The notes beneath the pieces were generated by a model. The model had not been told where the DNA came from. It did no database searches and saw only the letters and a program-made list of their open reading frames with translations. The translations under genes and the position numbers were made by a program. 64,000 nucleotides of DNA from Balanoglossus misakiensis (Eukaryota; Animalia; Hemichordata), in contig CM082595.2 of NCBI GenBank assembly GCA_040954595.2, positions 6,474,137 to 6,538,136 of the forward strand. Direction: 5' to 3'. Positions 28,801-40,713 of this stretch are shown here, piece after piece. Every line of letters begins with the position of its first letter. Position 1 is the stretch's first letter.

Positions 28801-31552
28801 AAAAATAGTGTTAGAATAGAATTTTATGTGCTTTAGTCACAGATGTTGTGTTGTTATTACCAAACTTCCCCAAACCATCAGATAATGGACTTAAAGGTAT
28901 ACGGTCACCTATGCAAATATAGCGACAGTTACCATGGTAAATTGAATTCTAGCCAATCACAGATTTTTACTGGGTGGCACACACGAAAAAAGAGCGCCAC
29001 CATAGGTTCTTTAGGACGCTCAAATACGCCATTTCAGCCATACATGGGCGTATGTAAATCGGAGGTGACTGTATACCTTTAAATGCCATAATATAACATA
29101 AGGAATATTCTAAAGTTACTGAAAGCTTGGAGGAGATATTATCACTTCAGAACCATAGCTGTAAAATATGAGGAAGAATACATGATGAATGTGGAACTGT
29201 TTTGTGTTTCAGTGGGTCGCACAGAGGCGTATCCCCGCCTTGTTGCCACAAGACCACCGGGCAGTCTGGTAGCCCCACCAATTTTGTTTTCATTGATAAT
29301 TCAAGTTATGATCACCGTTTCCATCCAAGCTGGTGCCTATTTTTGTCTCTTGGCACAACCCAGCTCTTGGTAAGTAACAATCTGTTTTTCATCAGTCTGT
29401 GAAAGGGACAAAGTCTCTCTCCAGCTGCCCCCTTTCCATTAATTATGTTTGATACAAGACACTGGTCATGTTAATGTAAATGTGGATATATATAGTGAAT
29501 CAACGTTCCATCACACACAACTTCCATCCCTCTTATAGACAGGAGGGTGAAAAAACTCGCCAAAATGAATAATCGTTCTTTACCATTTATTCATTTTGGG
29601 CGAGTTTTTACTCTCATATCCTACAAACGAGATGGAAGTTGTGTGTGGTCGAATGTTGATTCACCATATGTCCACATGTAGAATAACATAAACGGCATCT
29701 TGTATCAAACATAATTAATGGAAAAAGGGCAGCGAGAGAAAGACTTTGTCCCTTCAATTGTTAACTTGTTTGTTTGTTTGTTTGTTTGTTTGCCTTTCAA
29801 TATTTTTTATTAAAGCTCCATTAGCTGTATCTTTTCGCTATATTTTCAGTATGTTTTGTGTATCTACTGCAATTTCTTGTTCAAGTTCCTGAAACATGAT
29901 GAATTGCCCACTATTCAGAACACTACCTATAAGTTTAACCCTAATGCTACTGGGTGTCATACCTGTTTAGACATGTCCCTTAAAATACATATTTGCCACT
30001 TTTTTCTTCTTAAACGTATTTTGGCTGTCGTAACATGGCTCTCATACGTACTTAGACACACTTGGCAGTCTGAGCCCCCTGTAAAATGTACCAAATCACA
30101 CTGGTTTGCACTGTATTGGTCTGAGGGTCTTGTATAGGCCCTACTGATTAACACGCACTTGGCAGCCTAACAGGCCTGGGAGCCCGGATTCTAGGCACCC
30201 TGGAAATCAAACCAGTCATACTGACTTGGCTGAAGGGTTAAAGTCAGCATTGACACTGTGCAAACCTTGTCTTCTAGTCTGGACTAGAATTCATTTGTCA
30301 ACATTTACAGTTGCAGTTACACACATACAGGCTAATCACCTGACCAATCTTCTTTCCTCATCCACAGGTTTACGCCTCTAACGCCGCACCACAATCAAGA
30401 TAAGAATATTTTATGTTTTGAGAACACGGTCGTCTTTCTAGTGTCTTCCTTTCAATATATCATATTTGCTGCAGCATTTTCGAAGGGTAAACCTTTTAGG
30501 CTTCCCATGTACACAAACGGTGAGTGAACCCCTCATTTGATTTTTCTCTCCCATGAATTGTTGTAAAACACTTTATTTTTGCGAGTTGAAATTTTCGCGA
30601 TATCGAGAGAGGCCACTGTTTCGCGAGTATTAAATTTCGTGTTCTCTTATTTCATTTACTGCATCGTTATCTTCAAAAAACATTACGCGACTTTTTATTT
30701 TCACGCTATTTTGGCTCTCACGTATTTCGCGAAAATTTATGGATTGCAAAAATAAAGTGTTTTACAGTATTACTCACGTTAGCCTAGAATAGATTTGAAT
30801 GGAATCCTGTACACACCTGAGCATGTTATCAACTGACAGTTATGAGAACTGTACCATCAGCCAGCAGTAAATTTGAAACACATCTTACAGAGAAAAACAA
30901 ATATTAATATTTTTTTCAATTTTTTTAAACTTTCAGTGCTGTTCTCAGCGTCTGTGTTTCTGCTGATCGCCTGTACAGTATGGCTGACACTGTACCCAAC
31001 ACCGCCAATAGCCAAATTTATGCAGGTATTGAATTTGTGTTAGTTTATATAATTTTCACAAAGCACGAGTGTGACAAAATGTGCATATAATAATAAACAT
31101 AGGCAGCCATGTTTTTGGGGTACACAGAAGATATTATTTCTACACTCAAAGTTCCTTGTATTTTTCTTACATATAACACATGTGTAGTAACAAGCAAACA
31201 CACATCTCTCAGTGAATACAAAACCATTTGAAAACAAAATCATGAAAATAATGTGAAAAGACATTGCCACTTTTTACAATATTGTCTTTTTACCTGTCTC
31301 TATTTTGTAGCTAACCGTCCACGACATGCCTCTCAGCTTCAGATGTGTGATTTTATCCTTTGCTGCCGGAAATTTTGTGGGATCATTCTTCATTGAGGTA
31401 AAGGAGTCCTCCCATTCATACAGTTAGTCAGAGTGTGAAGATAATTGTATCAAGCTGGTAGAGTCAATCAAACTAGCAATTTTAGGTCCTATTTGGTATA
31501 TGCATACATACCATTGGGACCTTATGGGATCGGTTGCATCTGTATGTATGTA

Positions 31553-31587
<35 letters not shown>

Positions 31588-32040
31588 CTGTACATAGTAA
31601 GTATGTATGTATGTATGGCCATCTACATCAAACACTTGTTGTTAATTGCTAGGATGTGTTCTCTCTATACAGTGGTATAGGCTGAACTTAAAAGGTCACC
31701 TGAATTGCACTCTTTGACTCATACACTAAACGTGCCCCTGTGTGTTTGTGTTGGAAAGTGATCACTATGAGTCTAACTATGCCTGAGTCTAACTATGAAT
31801 GGGAGCACTGTGTCATTGACGCTATTTTTTTAAATGCAGGATATTGTGGTGGACAGTAAGCTGCTGAAGGAATGCATGAGATGGATCCGCTGCAAGAAAC
31901 ACCCGAAGAACAAGTACAAACTGATTGAAGCCGAAATCGTGTCGAATCCCGACTGGCCGCCAATTGGCACCAACATCATGGCTTCCGGACTTCAGATCCA
32001 AAATGGAGAGGAAAATGGAAGAATCAGCGAGGACAGCTGA
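10819..32040 (+). CDS. ATP13A3: P5B-type P-ATPase (ATP13A2/ATP13A3-like polyamine-transporting ATPase), paralogue 1; 29 coding exons, ~1212 aa, complete
   Basis: Exons joined by hand with consistent phases: 10819-10896, 13004-13171, 13654-13733, 15005-15131, 16417-16571, 17238-17307 (GC donor), 17728-17862, 18146-18212, 18823-18951, 19079-19255, 19641-19751, 19906-19952, 20369-20557, 21066-21272, 22492-22596, 24344-24497, 25101-25221, 25524-25648, 26295-26494, 26825-26929, 27064-27143, 27358-27510, 27967-28063, 28507-28579, 29213-29369, 30368-30519, 30937-31025, 31311-31397, 31840-32040 (3639 nt including TGA). Motifs: [25 protein letters not shown] (A domain), PPALP (P5B TM4), FDKTGTLT (phospho-Asp), [42 protein letters not shown]-terminal WPP. 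Assigning it to ATP13A2 versus ATP13A3 needs a phylogeny. Confidence 0.95.
10966..11261. mobile_element. Family A palindromic MITE (TTAA target site, AGGG...CCCT termini; Kolobok-like)
   Basis: TTAA AGGGAAAAAGTCTCTCTC ... GAGAGACTTTGTTCCT TTAA, with long internal inverted arms. Confidence 0.85.
11959..12124. mobile_element. Family C MITE (TA CAGT...ACTG TA; Tc1/mariner/pogo-like)
   Basis: TA CAGTCAAACCTGTG ... CACAGCTTTGACTG TA. Confidence 0.82.
12718..12924. mobile_element. Family B MITE (TA target site, CTGTAAAAC...GTTTTACAG; Tc1/mariner superfamily-like)
   Basis: CpG-rich ~210-bp element ending AAAATAAAGTGTTTTACAG TA; left end degenerate. Confidence 0.8.
13843..13935. mobile_element. Tiny piggyBac-like MITE (~90 bp); related copies at ~20246-20340 and ~39130-39214
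   Basis: TTAA CCCTTTCACC ... GGTGAAAGGG TTAA. Confidence 0.75.
15335..16075. mobile_element. ~733-bp non-autonomous TTAA DNA transposon (GG...CC termini; Kolobok-like)
   Basis: TTAA GGTGGCACTGCATGAAA ... TTTCATGCAATGCCACC TTAA (16/17 TIR match); no transposase ORF. Confidence 0.82.
16633..16987. mobile_element. Family A palindromic MITE (Kolobok-like)
   Basis: TTAA AGGGACAAAGTCTC ... GAGACTTTGTCCCT TTAA. Confidence 0.88.
18350..18800. mobile_element. Family D piggyBac-like MITE (TTAA CCCT...AGGG TTAA) with an internal ~137-bp duplication
   Basis: TTAACCCTAGTGCT ... GCGTTAGGGTTAA; the block ggtttgcactgtattggtctgaggg...cttggcag occurs twice. Confidence 0.8.
21290..21472. mobile_element. Family B MITE, left-truncated
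   Basis: Core cgcgagagccaaaatagc...cagtggcctctctcgatatcgc...ttttacagta. Confidence 0.8.
22762..23410. mobile_element. Family D MITE carrying a 97-bp tandem array
   Basis: Left end TTGACCCTAAAGCTACTGGGTGTCATAC, followed by about 5 copies of a 97-bp unit; right terminus lost. Confidence 0.8.
22885..23385. repeat. 97-bp minisatellite, ~5 copies
   Basis: Unit cacacttggcagtc(c/t)gagccccctgtaaa...ggccctactgaataaca at a 97-bp period; ORF-track starts at 22985/23082/23179 show the same spacing. Confidence 0.92.
23860..24005. repeat. Long imperfect palindrome (hairpin-type repeat)
   Basis: gcaataaaacacccccagccatggtataccac...ttttgaccagttca...catatacgcac [gagcgatagcga] gtgcgtatatg...tgaactggtcaaaa...gtggtataccatggctgggggtgttttattgc. 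Confidence 0.85.
24632..24984. mobile_element. Family A palindromic MITE (Kolobok-like)
   Basis: TTAA AGGGGCAAAGTCTC ... GAGACTTTGTCCCT TTAA. Confidence 0.88.
25996..26207 (+). mobile_element. Family B MITE
   Basis: TA CTGTAAAACAC ... GTGTTTTACAG TA. Confidence 0.87.
26539..26750 (-). mobile_element. Family B MITE (opposite orientation to the 25996 copy)
   Basis: TA CTGTAAAACAC ... GTGTTTTACAG TA; core reads gagagaggccactg (reverse complement). Confidence 0.87.
27578..27787 (+). mobile_element. Family B MITE
   Basis: Full TIRs and TA target sites. Confidence 0.87.
28891..29082. mobile_element. Family E TTAA MITE (AGGTATAC...GTATACCT; Kolobok-like)
   Basis: TTAA AGGTATACGGTCACCT ... AGGTGACTGTATACCT TTAA; a second copy lies at 46291-46486. 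Confidence 0.8.
29400..29756. mobile_element. Family A palindromic MITE (Kolobok-like)
   Basis: Same TIRs and core; TTAA sites degenerate. Confidence 0.85.
29935..30241. mobile_element. Family D piggyBac-like MITE, single-unit form
   Basis: TTAACCCTAATGCTACTGGG ... GAAGGGTTAA with one internal unit. Confidence 0.8.
30560..30769 (-). mobile_element. Family B MITE
   Basis: TGTAAAACACTTTATTTT ... AAAATAAAGTGTTTTACAG TA, reverse core. Confidence 0.85.
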
Positions 32041-34478
32041 GATTTCAAAAGAAGGGACAAAAAACAGCAGCTTGACTTTAGTGCAATATTTCACAGTTTG
32101 TGCAATGAATTTGATCTGCAAGGACATCATTCATTGTGTAACTTTGCAGAAACCTTTTTTTTTCATGAACTTTGATATAAGATTCCTTATGATATGCGCT
32201 TAAAGATTTTTACATATTAATGGTTACAAGTCATCGAAATTAATTTTTTGGGTATCAAAATGTGGCAGTTTGTAGAATAGTTTGATTACACTACTTATTA
32301 AACTTTAATTAATATTAAAATATTAATATTCATGAGTGAAGTATTAAATTCAACTTATGATTGGTTATTATATCATGAATATTCATCAGCACATTATATT
32401 GAGTGTTTTAATTGGTCACATATTTTCTAGAATATTCATGACATCGTGATTTTCTCTCTCTGGGTCCATCATATTCTTACAAAGATAGTAGGTGGATATT
32501 TTGTAGTTTATAAAATAATTATGTACAAAGGATTTGTAACTTCTGAGAGAATTCTCTCACTGGCATTTTCAAATTTAACCACTTGTATATTTTGTATTTA
32601 TTATCTGTGGTCACTAGATGCAATAGTCTTCCGTCAAAGATTAAGATTGGTCCACCTAGGTTCATGTATATATGAACATCTTATCGACTCCCGATTGTGG
32701 CTGTATGTTGTAATTAAACAAGTGGTATATTTAAACAGGCAGTGTGGTTGGACCACATGGTGAAGCATCTTCACCAATTGCTGTAGAGAGTGCATATTTA
32801 CTTCATACTTGCATACTGATGCATTCGGTTTGGCATTAATAAAGGTTGACCCTTTAGCAATGCATAAGTTGTCAATCCTTGTTCTGTTCAGTGATCTGGT
32901 TGGATCTATGTACATGGAAATGGTGTTAAAGGGACACTAGCTATAACTTTTTCACTTTATTTCGTCCTGTGTATCACATGCAAGTTCTTGTTATATTCCA
33001 AACAGCACATTAATATACCCAGTGCCCCACCTGTTAACAAGGCCTGTACGTGTGTACTGTGAAATGAATTGTAGTCTGGACTTGAATTCAAATTGTACAC
33101 AAGAAAAATGCTGACTATACACATACATTGTATATGGTGTTAATAAGGGCATTTCATTATGTGTCGTAACTTTGAATAAGAAACTGCAGTAGATACATCA
33201 GTACTGAATATAGTGAAAAGTTAATGATAGTGGAGCTTTAATATCAATTTGGTGAAGTTTAGGTGGATTGCTTGGGCATCTTGAACTTTGTTATGATGTT
33301 GATCTGGAAGATGGTGCCACCACCTGGTGGTAATTAATCAAATAGTACAATTACAAGCAAGTTATGATCACTATGTCAGATGGAATGAAAACATTCCAGA
33401 CCAACATACCAATCCTAATTACAAGAAAGTTTTAAAAACCATGGTGGGTGGGGGTGGGTGGGGGGAGGGGGGTTATCTCGAACACAATATGATACCGATA
33501 TAAAGTTAAAGTGACCATCATGTTATTTCTGCTATAGTACCATCGAAATTGCAACGATTTGAATGGTCGTTTTAACAGATTTGATCTAGCCAGCAGCTGT
33601 TTTAGTTTTGATTTGATACCTCTACCAACCCCTTTGAAAATGGTTTCACTGAATGATCGACTGATCGAAACTTGTGACGCAGGAGTAAAGAGCGAGCTTG
33701 AACGTTGTTTCTTTGGGAATCACAGGTCCACTACAAAGGTAATGATAATTTCTCTTTTATTAATCATTTCGAGGAGGAAAGTTTAAATTAACAGAACTGC
33801 TTTCATTGTGTTATGGGGCTTATTGCATTATAAATCGCTACTGTCAACTCTTAATACAAGGTTTAGTTGCAGCTTGAGTCCACGCTACACGAGATATGGG
33901 CTTTGCTTTGCGACTCAGATCTTGTAACTCATTACACATAAGTGCAGTGCACAAAATTGTTGGCAGATGGTGCAGAGGCAAAAAGTATTTTTGAACATAA
34001 TAATGCTTTATTCCCGATTCAAAAAGAAAAATATTTCACATGAGAAAAGAAGAAGAAACGAAAATGTACAAACTAACACAACAAAATGTATAAACATAGG
34101 TTTGGGAAAACGAGAGTGGAAAATAGTTGATTGACAACTAATCGAGTCCACCTCTGTGTACCTGGTTGTTTGACACAGTCATAGATTTTGGGCTGACTGT
34201 TACCATTGGGATGAGATAGAATATGCTCAGTAAAATACGGGTCATGAAAATACACATCTCAGAAGGAAAAATGGAAATAAAAAAGTGTTTTGCAATGCCT
34301 TATTGAAAAGGGGACAGACAATCGCATTAAAAACATTCTGTAGCAGTGACTGTAAACAAATCTGCTGACATATACGAAAATCATCCACCACCCCGCCAGA
34401 AATCAAATGGTTCCTCCCTTGCCAGGTGATAATTTCCATGGTCTAAATTTCGCTTTTTTTGTGTACGTCCACTTAGGT

Positions 34479-35791
34479 ATGATTATGGCTTCGTTGTTAC
34501 CACTGTGTCTGTTGGCGGTGTTTTTCCACACGTCATCATCACAACGCTACCATGACAACGATCGTGGTGAGCAGTGTCTATCACTGTGTGGAGACACCAC
34601 CGCCTTTACGAAACTTCTTGGACCCCCTGGCCCGCCAGGTCCTCGGGGACGAAAGGGTAAGAGCGCCCTCTACATTATATCTTTACATCTGCAATGTATG
34701 TAGTGACGTGACACAATCAAATAATTTGGCAGCTGTGAGGATACACAACAACCCAGGATATAATGAACATCGAGTGCATAAATGTGTTATTCTAAATGTG
34801 GATATATAGTGAATCAACGTTCAACCACACACGCCTTCCATCCCGTTTGTTAACTTGACTGCAGTTTCATTTATATGACACTTTTCTCCCCTGACAATAT
34901 ATATCTAGAATAACTTGGGATTGGTTGGTTAATTAATTGATTGATTGATTGATTGCTGTTGTTTTTTCTCTAATAGGTGAACGAGGTGACCATGGTAGTA
35001 CTGTACAAAGAAGATGGAATCCAGGTAATTTTTTTCTCACTGGATCTTGCATCGATAGAATCGAAGCGAAAAATAAAAGCACATATGTATTCACTTATTT
35101 ATTCTTCATATTTGTATTTTAAAGCGCAATCGTGGACATTTAAATCTCTTAGACAATATGCAAAATTTGGACGTGATATTCAACGTAATTATAAGTATGC
35201 ATAATGTGCCAGAAATTATAATGTGCCTGTCCAGAACTGTGTGATAATTTCAAATGTCGACGGTCAAAATTTTGAATGTGAGCATACGTCAATTCTTTTG
35301 GTCCAACAGAACACGACTCTATTACAGCAGAGGCTGGTTCCCTCGAAATCCAAACTGGCGGCCCGGTCCCAGAAGGTAAAACGGTGGCGTTCTCGGTCAC
35401 ACGACAAAGCCGTCTGGTTGGAACGCACGAAGAGCAGACCATAACGTACAACGACAAGCTGGTTCTCCACAACGCGAACATGGACCTGGAGACCGGCGTC
35501 TTCACCTGCGAGATCCCCGGCATATACCAGTTCTCGTTCACCTTCGCCACCTTCCCTGACAAGAGGCTCTACATAAAACTGAAGCACAACGACCAGGCCA
35601 AGGTCGGCATCTACCTGTCACCGGAGGTTGGGCAGATGGCACAGTCCCAGAGCGCGATGCTCCATCTGGAGAGAGGGGACCGGGTACACCTGGCGATGGC
35701 TGCTGGCACCCACTACGGGATACAACAGTCTGGTTTCTATCTCTCTCTCAACACATTCAACGGGCACATGATCTACCCAGATATGGATTGA
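34479..35791 (+). CDS. Secreted C1q-domain protein (C1QL/CTRP-like) with a short collagen segment, ~235 aa
   Basis: Exons 34479-34656, 34977-35024, 35310-35791 (708 nt, phase-1 introns, GT-AG). Hydrophobic signal peptide MIMASLLPLCLLAVFFHTSSS, a CxxxC motif (CLSLC), Gly-X-Y run GPPGPPGPRGRKGERGDHGST, then gC1q motifs VAFSV, TGVFTCEIPGIYQFSF, SQSAMLHLERGDRVHL and NTFNGHMIYPD. Confidence 0.92.
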
Positions 35792-35804
35792 AAATACGAA
35801 TGGG

Positions 35805-36092
35805 TTAACGGGACAAGCAGCTCTCGCTGCCCTTTTTCTATTAATTATGTTTGATACAACACACCGTTTATGTTATTCTACATGTGGATATATAGTGAAT
35901 TAGCATTCGACCACACACAATTCAACTTCCATCCCACTTGTAGAGACGAGAGTGAAAAACTCGCCAAAATGAATAATCAGTCTCTACCATTTATTCATTT
36001 GGCGAGATGTTTACTCTCATATCCTACAAGCGGGATAGAAATTGTGTGTGGTTGAACGTTATTCACTATATATCCACAATGTAGAATAACAT
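35805..36092. mobile_element. Family A MITE, truncated, just after the stop codon of the C1q gene
   Basis: Left arm and core (aaaactcgccaaaatgaataat) present; right terminus missing. Confidence 0.8.
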
Positions 36093-36300
36093 AAGCTGTC
36101 AATTTGATCCGAAGTTCTCGGGAAACATCATGATTGGAGTGTTTAATTAACGAAATACATGCGTGGTAGGATGTTAAATGTAATCGTACACGTATGCTGA
36201 TTAAAACATACATTCTTATTAGAACAATCTCTAGATCATATCTATAAGCATTGCTTTGTATCTTGAGTTGTTGCACTGTATTATTGACCAACCGCTTCAC

Positions 36301-36367
<67 letters not shown>

Positions 36368-36368
36368 A

Positions 36369-36417
<49 letters not shown>

Positions 36418-36440
36418 CGATGATGACGATGATGATGATG
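36301..36440. repeat. (GAT)n trinucleotide microsatellite
   Basis: Direct reading; produces a spurious poly-Asp ORF. Confidence 0.95.
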
Positions 36441-37499
36441 AGTCACATTAAAAAGTCGAGATTGTGGCCACAAATCTAGTTAAACTCTGGGCTATTGTGT
36501 ATAAAACTCATCTTATAGAAAACTTTAATCATCGCCCGCTCGCTTGAAGTTTAATTTCCTGTCGACTATCGCTCGGCAAACCAATTAAGCCCCGGGCCTA
36601 TAGGGATATTACGAAGCTTGAGTACAACATGTAAAGCTTCGACAATTAATTTTCTCTCGCATGATGAAACCGTCATCTGAAGTAGTCTAGTACAAAGACT
36701 CTGTGCCTTTTCGGATTTTTGTCACTCACACTAGTAGTGTGAATCAGAAAATGCGAAAAAAACAAGTCTTGATTACATACTGTATCCGAGGTGATCTTGG
36801 GCAATTGGCCTTGAACTTTGTTTTTATTTTACTTATGAGTCAAGGTTATGTTTGCTTTGATTATTAACCCGAGCATTTATATATATCAGATTTCATGTAA
36901 CATTGACTGAATGCTCGAGACTTGATTGATCACGTCTCCCTCCGAAGCATCGTCGGTAACCACGACCTCTATCTGCAATATGTAGTTTCTTCTCGCTCTG
37001 CAGATTGATGACTGGCAGACCTCGGCGCAGTTGGAAGGCGTCGGGCGCGCGCGTGTGTGTGAAGCCAACCAAGTTCCCCCAAGATCGAAATGCTAATTTG
37101 GATAGCGGCTTTGGGTGCATCCCCGGACTTGTAACTCTACCAGAATATATTGGCCCGCTTCTATACAAAGGTCTTTGGGGGTTAGGCCTACACAGAAACA
37201 AATGAAAACAGGGTGTCGAACATGACCCACTTCCAAACCAGAGACTCAACTACTGTCACTTAAAGCTTCTTGCGTGAAAAGTGGGCGATCTTTTATGATT
37301 TTATGAGAGGTGGGCCAAAAACGCACGCAACATTGAAGTTTTTATCTAGTCACAATTTTCTTTCAATCCAACCGAGAATAATAATATCCTCGCAGACGAT
37401 TCGCAACGCAAATAATCAAGTGCTCAATTTCACTTCTGCAGATAAAAAGGGCGGATGGGTTAGGCCAAAAGTTCGAAAGGAGGCTGAAAGTTCAACGTT

Positions 37500-38085
37500 A
37501 TCTGAAAGTTGTGCGGTGTAGCGTTACTACGTAATCTCGCGTAATACCAGTAGCCGCCTTTAATTCTAGCACTTTTAATACCTTTTTAAATGGTAATTAT
37601 TTCTCCGCCCGCCTGCTGCAGAGTCAATTTTGATTTGGTCATTAGGCCTTGGCCTATCCTAACTAGAGTAGTTAGGCCTATTATAACTGGGCATGGCCTA
37701 TTCGCGTACATTCGCACACCTCAAGCACGTAGACCAAGGCACTTGTGATCGGTCAATTACGCTCTGCACTCTTGAAACAGGTGTAGAGACAATTATAGAT
37801 CGATCAGAGCGTAGACTTTATATTTTTCTCCGCATCTTGCATCTGTAAACTGAGCCGGACGGACCTTGAAGGCGCTGGGTGGGGGTATCCTTGACGACCA
37901 CGCGCGTCAACCTCGACCCGAAGAGGTTAAAGGTCACTGAAACAAGCAGGGCAAACACTCTCTCGCTTGTAATTGTGCAGGCAGCCAAGATGTTGTGCTT
38001 CTGAGAGAATGACAGAGATTGTGGCGGAAATTCTGACAGAAGTTATCGTTGAAGGCTGACACGTCAACGTGGGACTGCACGGACA
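37500..38085 (+). promoter_or_regulatory. Putative CpG-rich promoter/5' UTR of ATPase paralogue 2
   Basis: CpG-rich stretch ending at the ATG-bearing exon with a gtaagt donor at 38102. Sequence downstream of ~39 kb becomes CpG-poor, like a methylated gene body. Confidence 0.4.
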
Positions 38086-38101
38086 ATGTCTGCCATCGGA
38101 G
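38086..38101 (+). CDS. Candidate distal first coding exon of P5B ATPase paralogue 2 (MSAIG)
   Basis: ATG TCT GCC ATC GGA G|gtaagt is a perfect donor in phase 1, matching the phase needed by exon 52818 (AT AGT GGT...), which has no in-frame ATG of its own. It lies in a CpG-rich region. Confidence 0.6.
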
Positions 38102-40355
38102 GTAAGTTTACATTTTCACTTTTGTTCGTATTTATCGGCCTTGTTTGTTTGTGAGAAGAGGGGTGTGTCATGTCGTCTGCATCTGGTAAACAGCGAAGTG
38201 ACAAGATGTTTTACCCGACACCCTGTCATTGACATGGCTAAACCTTTGAACGTGTACGGCGGCCAGAACACAAAATGCATGTTCGTTTGCGAGAAGGATG
38301 CGTTTTTTATCGCCAAAGTCACACTCAGGCCCGCGGCCGAATGGATACACGGAAGTCACTATTGACACTTCGAAATTGGTCACTTTTCCTGCAAACACAA
38401 ACTGTCGTGTATCGTGTGGCTTACTCTGAATTTACTCATGCATGTACTGTGCGAATTTATTACATGTATGAATAGAACGTTAATAGTTAAATGTTGATGG
38501 TGTTAATAAATTTATAAATACGAAGATTGCAGATATATAAAAGGCGTTTACTTTCATGACATAGCTGACTCAAATCCCAAATGAAATCTTTACATTTTAT
38601 AGCAGTAGTTGTATCTTCTACCTGGAATGTGAAGGACATTGCGGTCTAAAGTGATTCAGACTTTATAACTTTATTGACAACATTAAACCATTACTGACTG
38701 TGTCGTGAAATTACCTAAATGCGCATTTTCCATGTTGTTCGGAAGGCTAAAATCGTGAGTCATCAGACTCGAGCAACTTTTCATTTTTTGTTTCGCCTTT
38801 GAAGTCAGTGCGTTGTCCGTGTGCGCTCCTCCCGGCCGTGACGGTACTCGAGGTCACACTACACTGTGCAATGGGCACAACGCGTATGTTCCTTTCAGAA
38901 GTTGTAAACAAAAGTAACTGAAATCTACATGATGTACCTCAAAGTCACCAACCGTAAACACAACTCCCATAGAGAAAGTTTTGTAGCAACAGTTTTGTTT
39001 TTATGCAACGATATGTTGCACGTAAAATAAATTATGGTCAGTTGTAGCCTGGTCCCATACTACCAGTGTGTTTTAGATAGTGTGTGGACCAGGCTAGGTC
39101 AGTAGTAGAAGTTGCAATATTCTTATACCCAATTCACTGTGGTTTGGTCCAAATCCATTGTTCTCTTTGGCAAATTTGGACCTCTATACAAGGAACTGGG
39201 GGTGAAAGGGTTAAAGGTATTCATTGTCATACATCAGAAATGCAATCAACCTCAAACTATTGTAAATACAAATTGTCAAATTTTAATATTTTCGAACAAT
39301 TCAATTGGCTTGCACAAGTTTTGTAAGTTAATGCAGGCACTGTGCTACCTGGGCTGGCAGATATGTTATGTGGGTGGATTTAATTTTATCACAGAGACGG
39401 ATAGATAAAACTATTAACAGAAAACAAATCATTTGTCAGTGCATTGAATTGATTCTGTCATGTTGTCGAGTCGTTTCTTTGCATTGGGCAAGCTGGATAA
39501 TCTATCACAGGAAAATAAATTGGCCCCTGTAACCTCAGCATTTCTGACCTTTTGCCAAAGTATGTTGTTCTTAGATCTGATTTCTAATATTTCTGTAGTA
39601 TGATTTAGTACTAATCTTGTCAGCCAATTAATTGGTTTCACATCAGTAAGACCGACATAATACACTGCTGGCCCATTACGTGAAAGTCCTCAGCGATTTG
39701 TTGGCATATGTTTGCAAATTGGTGTCATATCTGTTCATGATATAACAATTCAGCCATGTTATCAGATCTCTTCATTGCATACATCAGATGCCTGCGATTC
39801 TGATATAGTCCTTGTATAGCTCAGACTGTTGTTTTTGTGCTTGTGAATAAAGTTGAGTAAGAGTTTGTGTCACATTTTATATCTCCATTATTTTCTTTAA
39901 GAAAATAGTACAATAGTATGTACTGTATTTCACTGATCATAGACATGTGACAGACTCATTGTGAGAATTAAAGTTTTAGAATTTCATTTAGAATTTTTAT
40001 GGCCCATGTACAATTCAAGTTTTAGAATTTCGTTTAGAATTGTTATGGCCCATGTACAGTGTAGACTCTATATTTTTTTTTTTATACAAAAAAACTTTAC
40101 AGCCGGAACTAACATCAAAGCTTCACAGGTGGGGGCGTGTCCAAGCTTTGTACTTCTTGCAATTGCTGCGGGTATTTACAGAGTGATTAGCAAAAGGTTG
40201 TGATGTTCTCTCCCAGATTAGCGATTGAGATAAAGGTGGAAGTAGCATGAAGGGGTTGTAAGCAGTCAATGGTTCTCACTGAAAGACCATGCATGCACTA
40301 CCATTGTAGTAATACAATTACATGTAGTGTTTTGGCTGAGGTTGGTGAGCATTGG

Positions 40356-40713
40356 TTAAAGGGACAAAGTCTCTCTCTCGCTGCCCTTTTTTCCATTAAT
40401 TATATTTGATACATAAAGACACCGTTTGTTATTCTACATGTGGATATATAGTGAATCAATGTTCAACCACACACAACTTCCATCCCTTTTATAGACAGGG
40501 GAGTGAAAAAACTCGCCAAAATGAATAATCGTTCTTTACCATTTATTCATTTTGGGCGAGTTTTTACTCTCATATCATACAAGTGGGATGGAAGTTGTGT
40601 GTGGTCGAACGTTGATTCACTATATATCCACATGTACATTAACATAAACGGTGTCTTGTATCAAACATAATTAATGGAAAAAGGACAGCGAGAGAGAGAC
40701 TTTGTCCCTTTAA
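40356..40713. mobile_element. Family A palindromic MITE (Kolobok-like)
   Basis: Full TIRs and TTAA on both sides. Confidence 0.88.

Noticed and set aside
35149-35587. Minus-strand ORFs overlapping the C1q exon
   Set aside because: These are antisense shadows of a GC3-rich coding exon.
36251-36451. Poly-Asp ORF resembling an acidic biomineralisation protein
   Set aside because: It is a pure (GAT)n microsatellite with a non-ATG start and no supporting exon structure.
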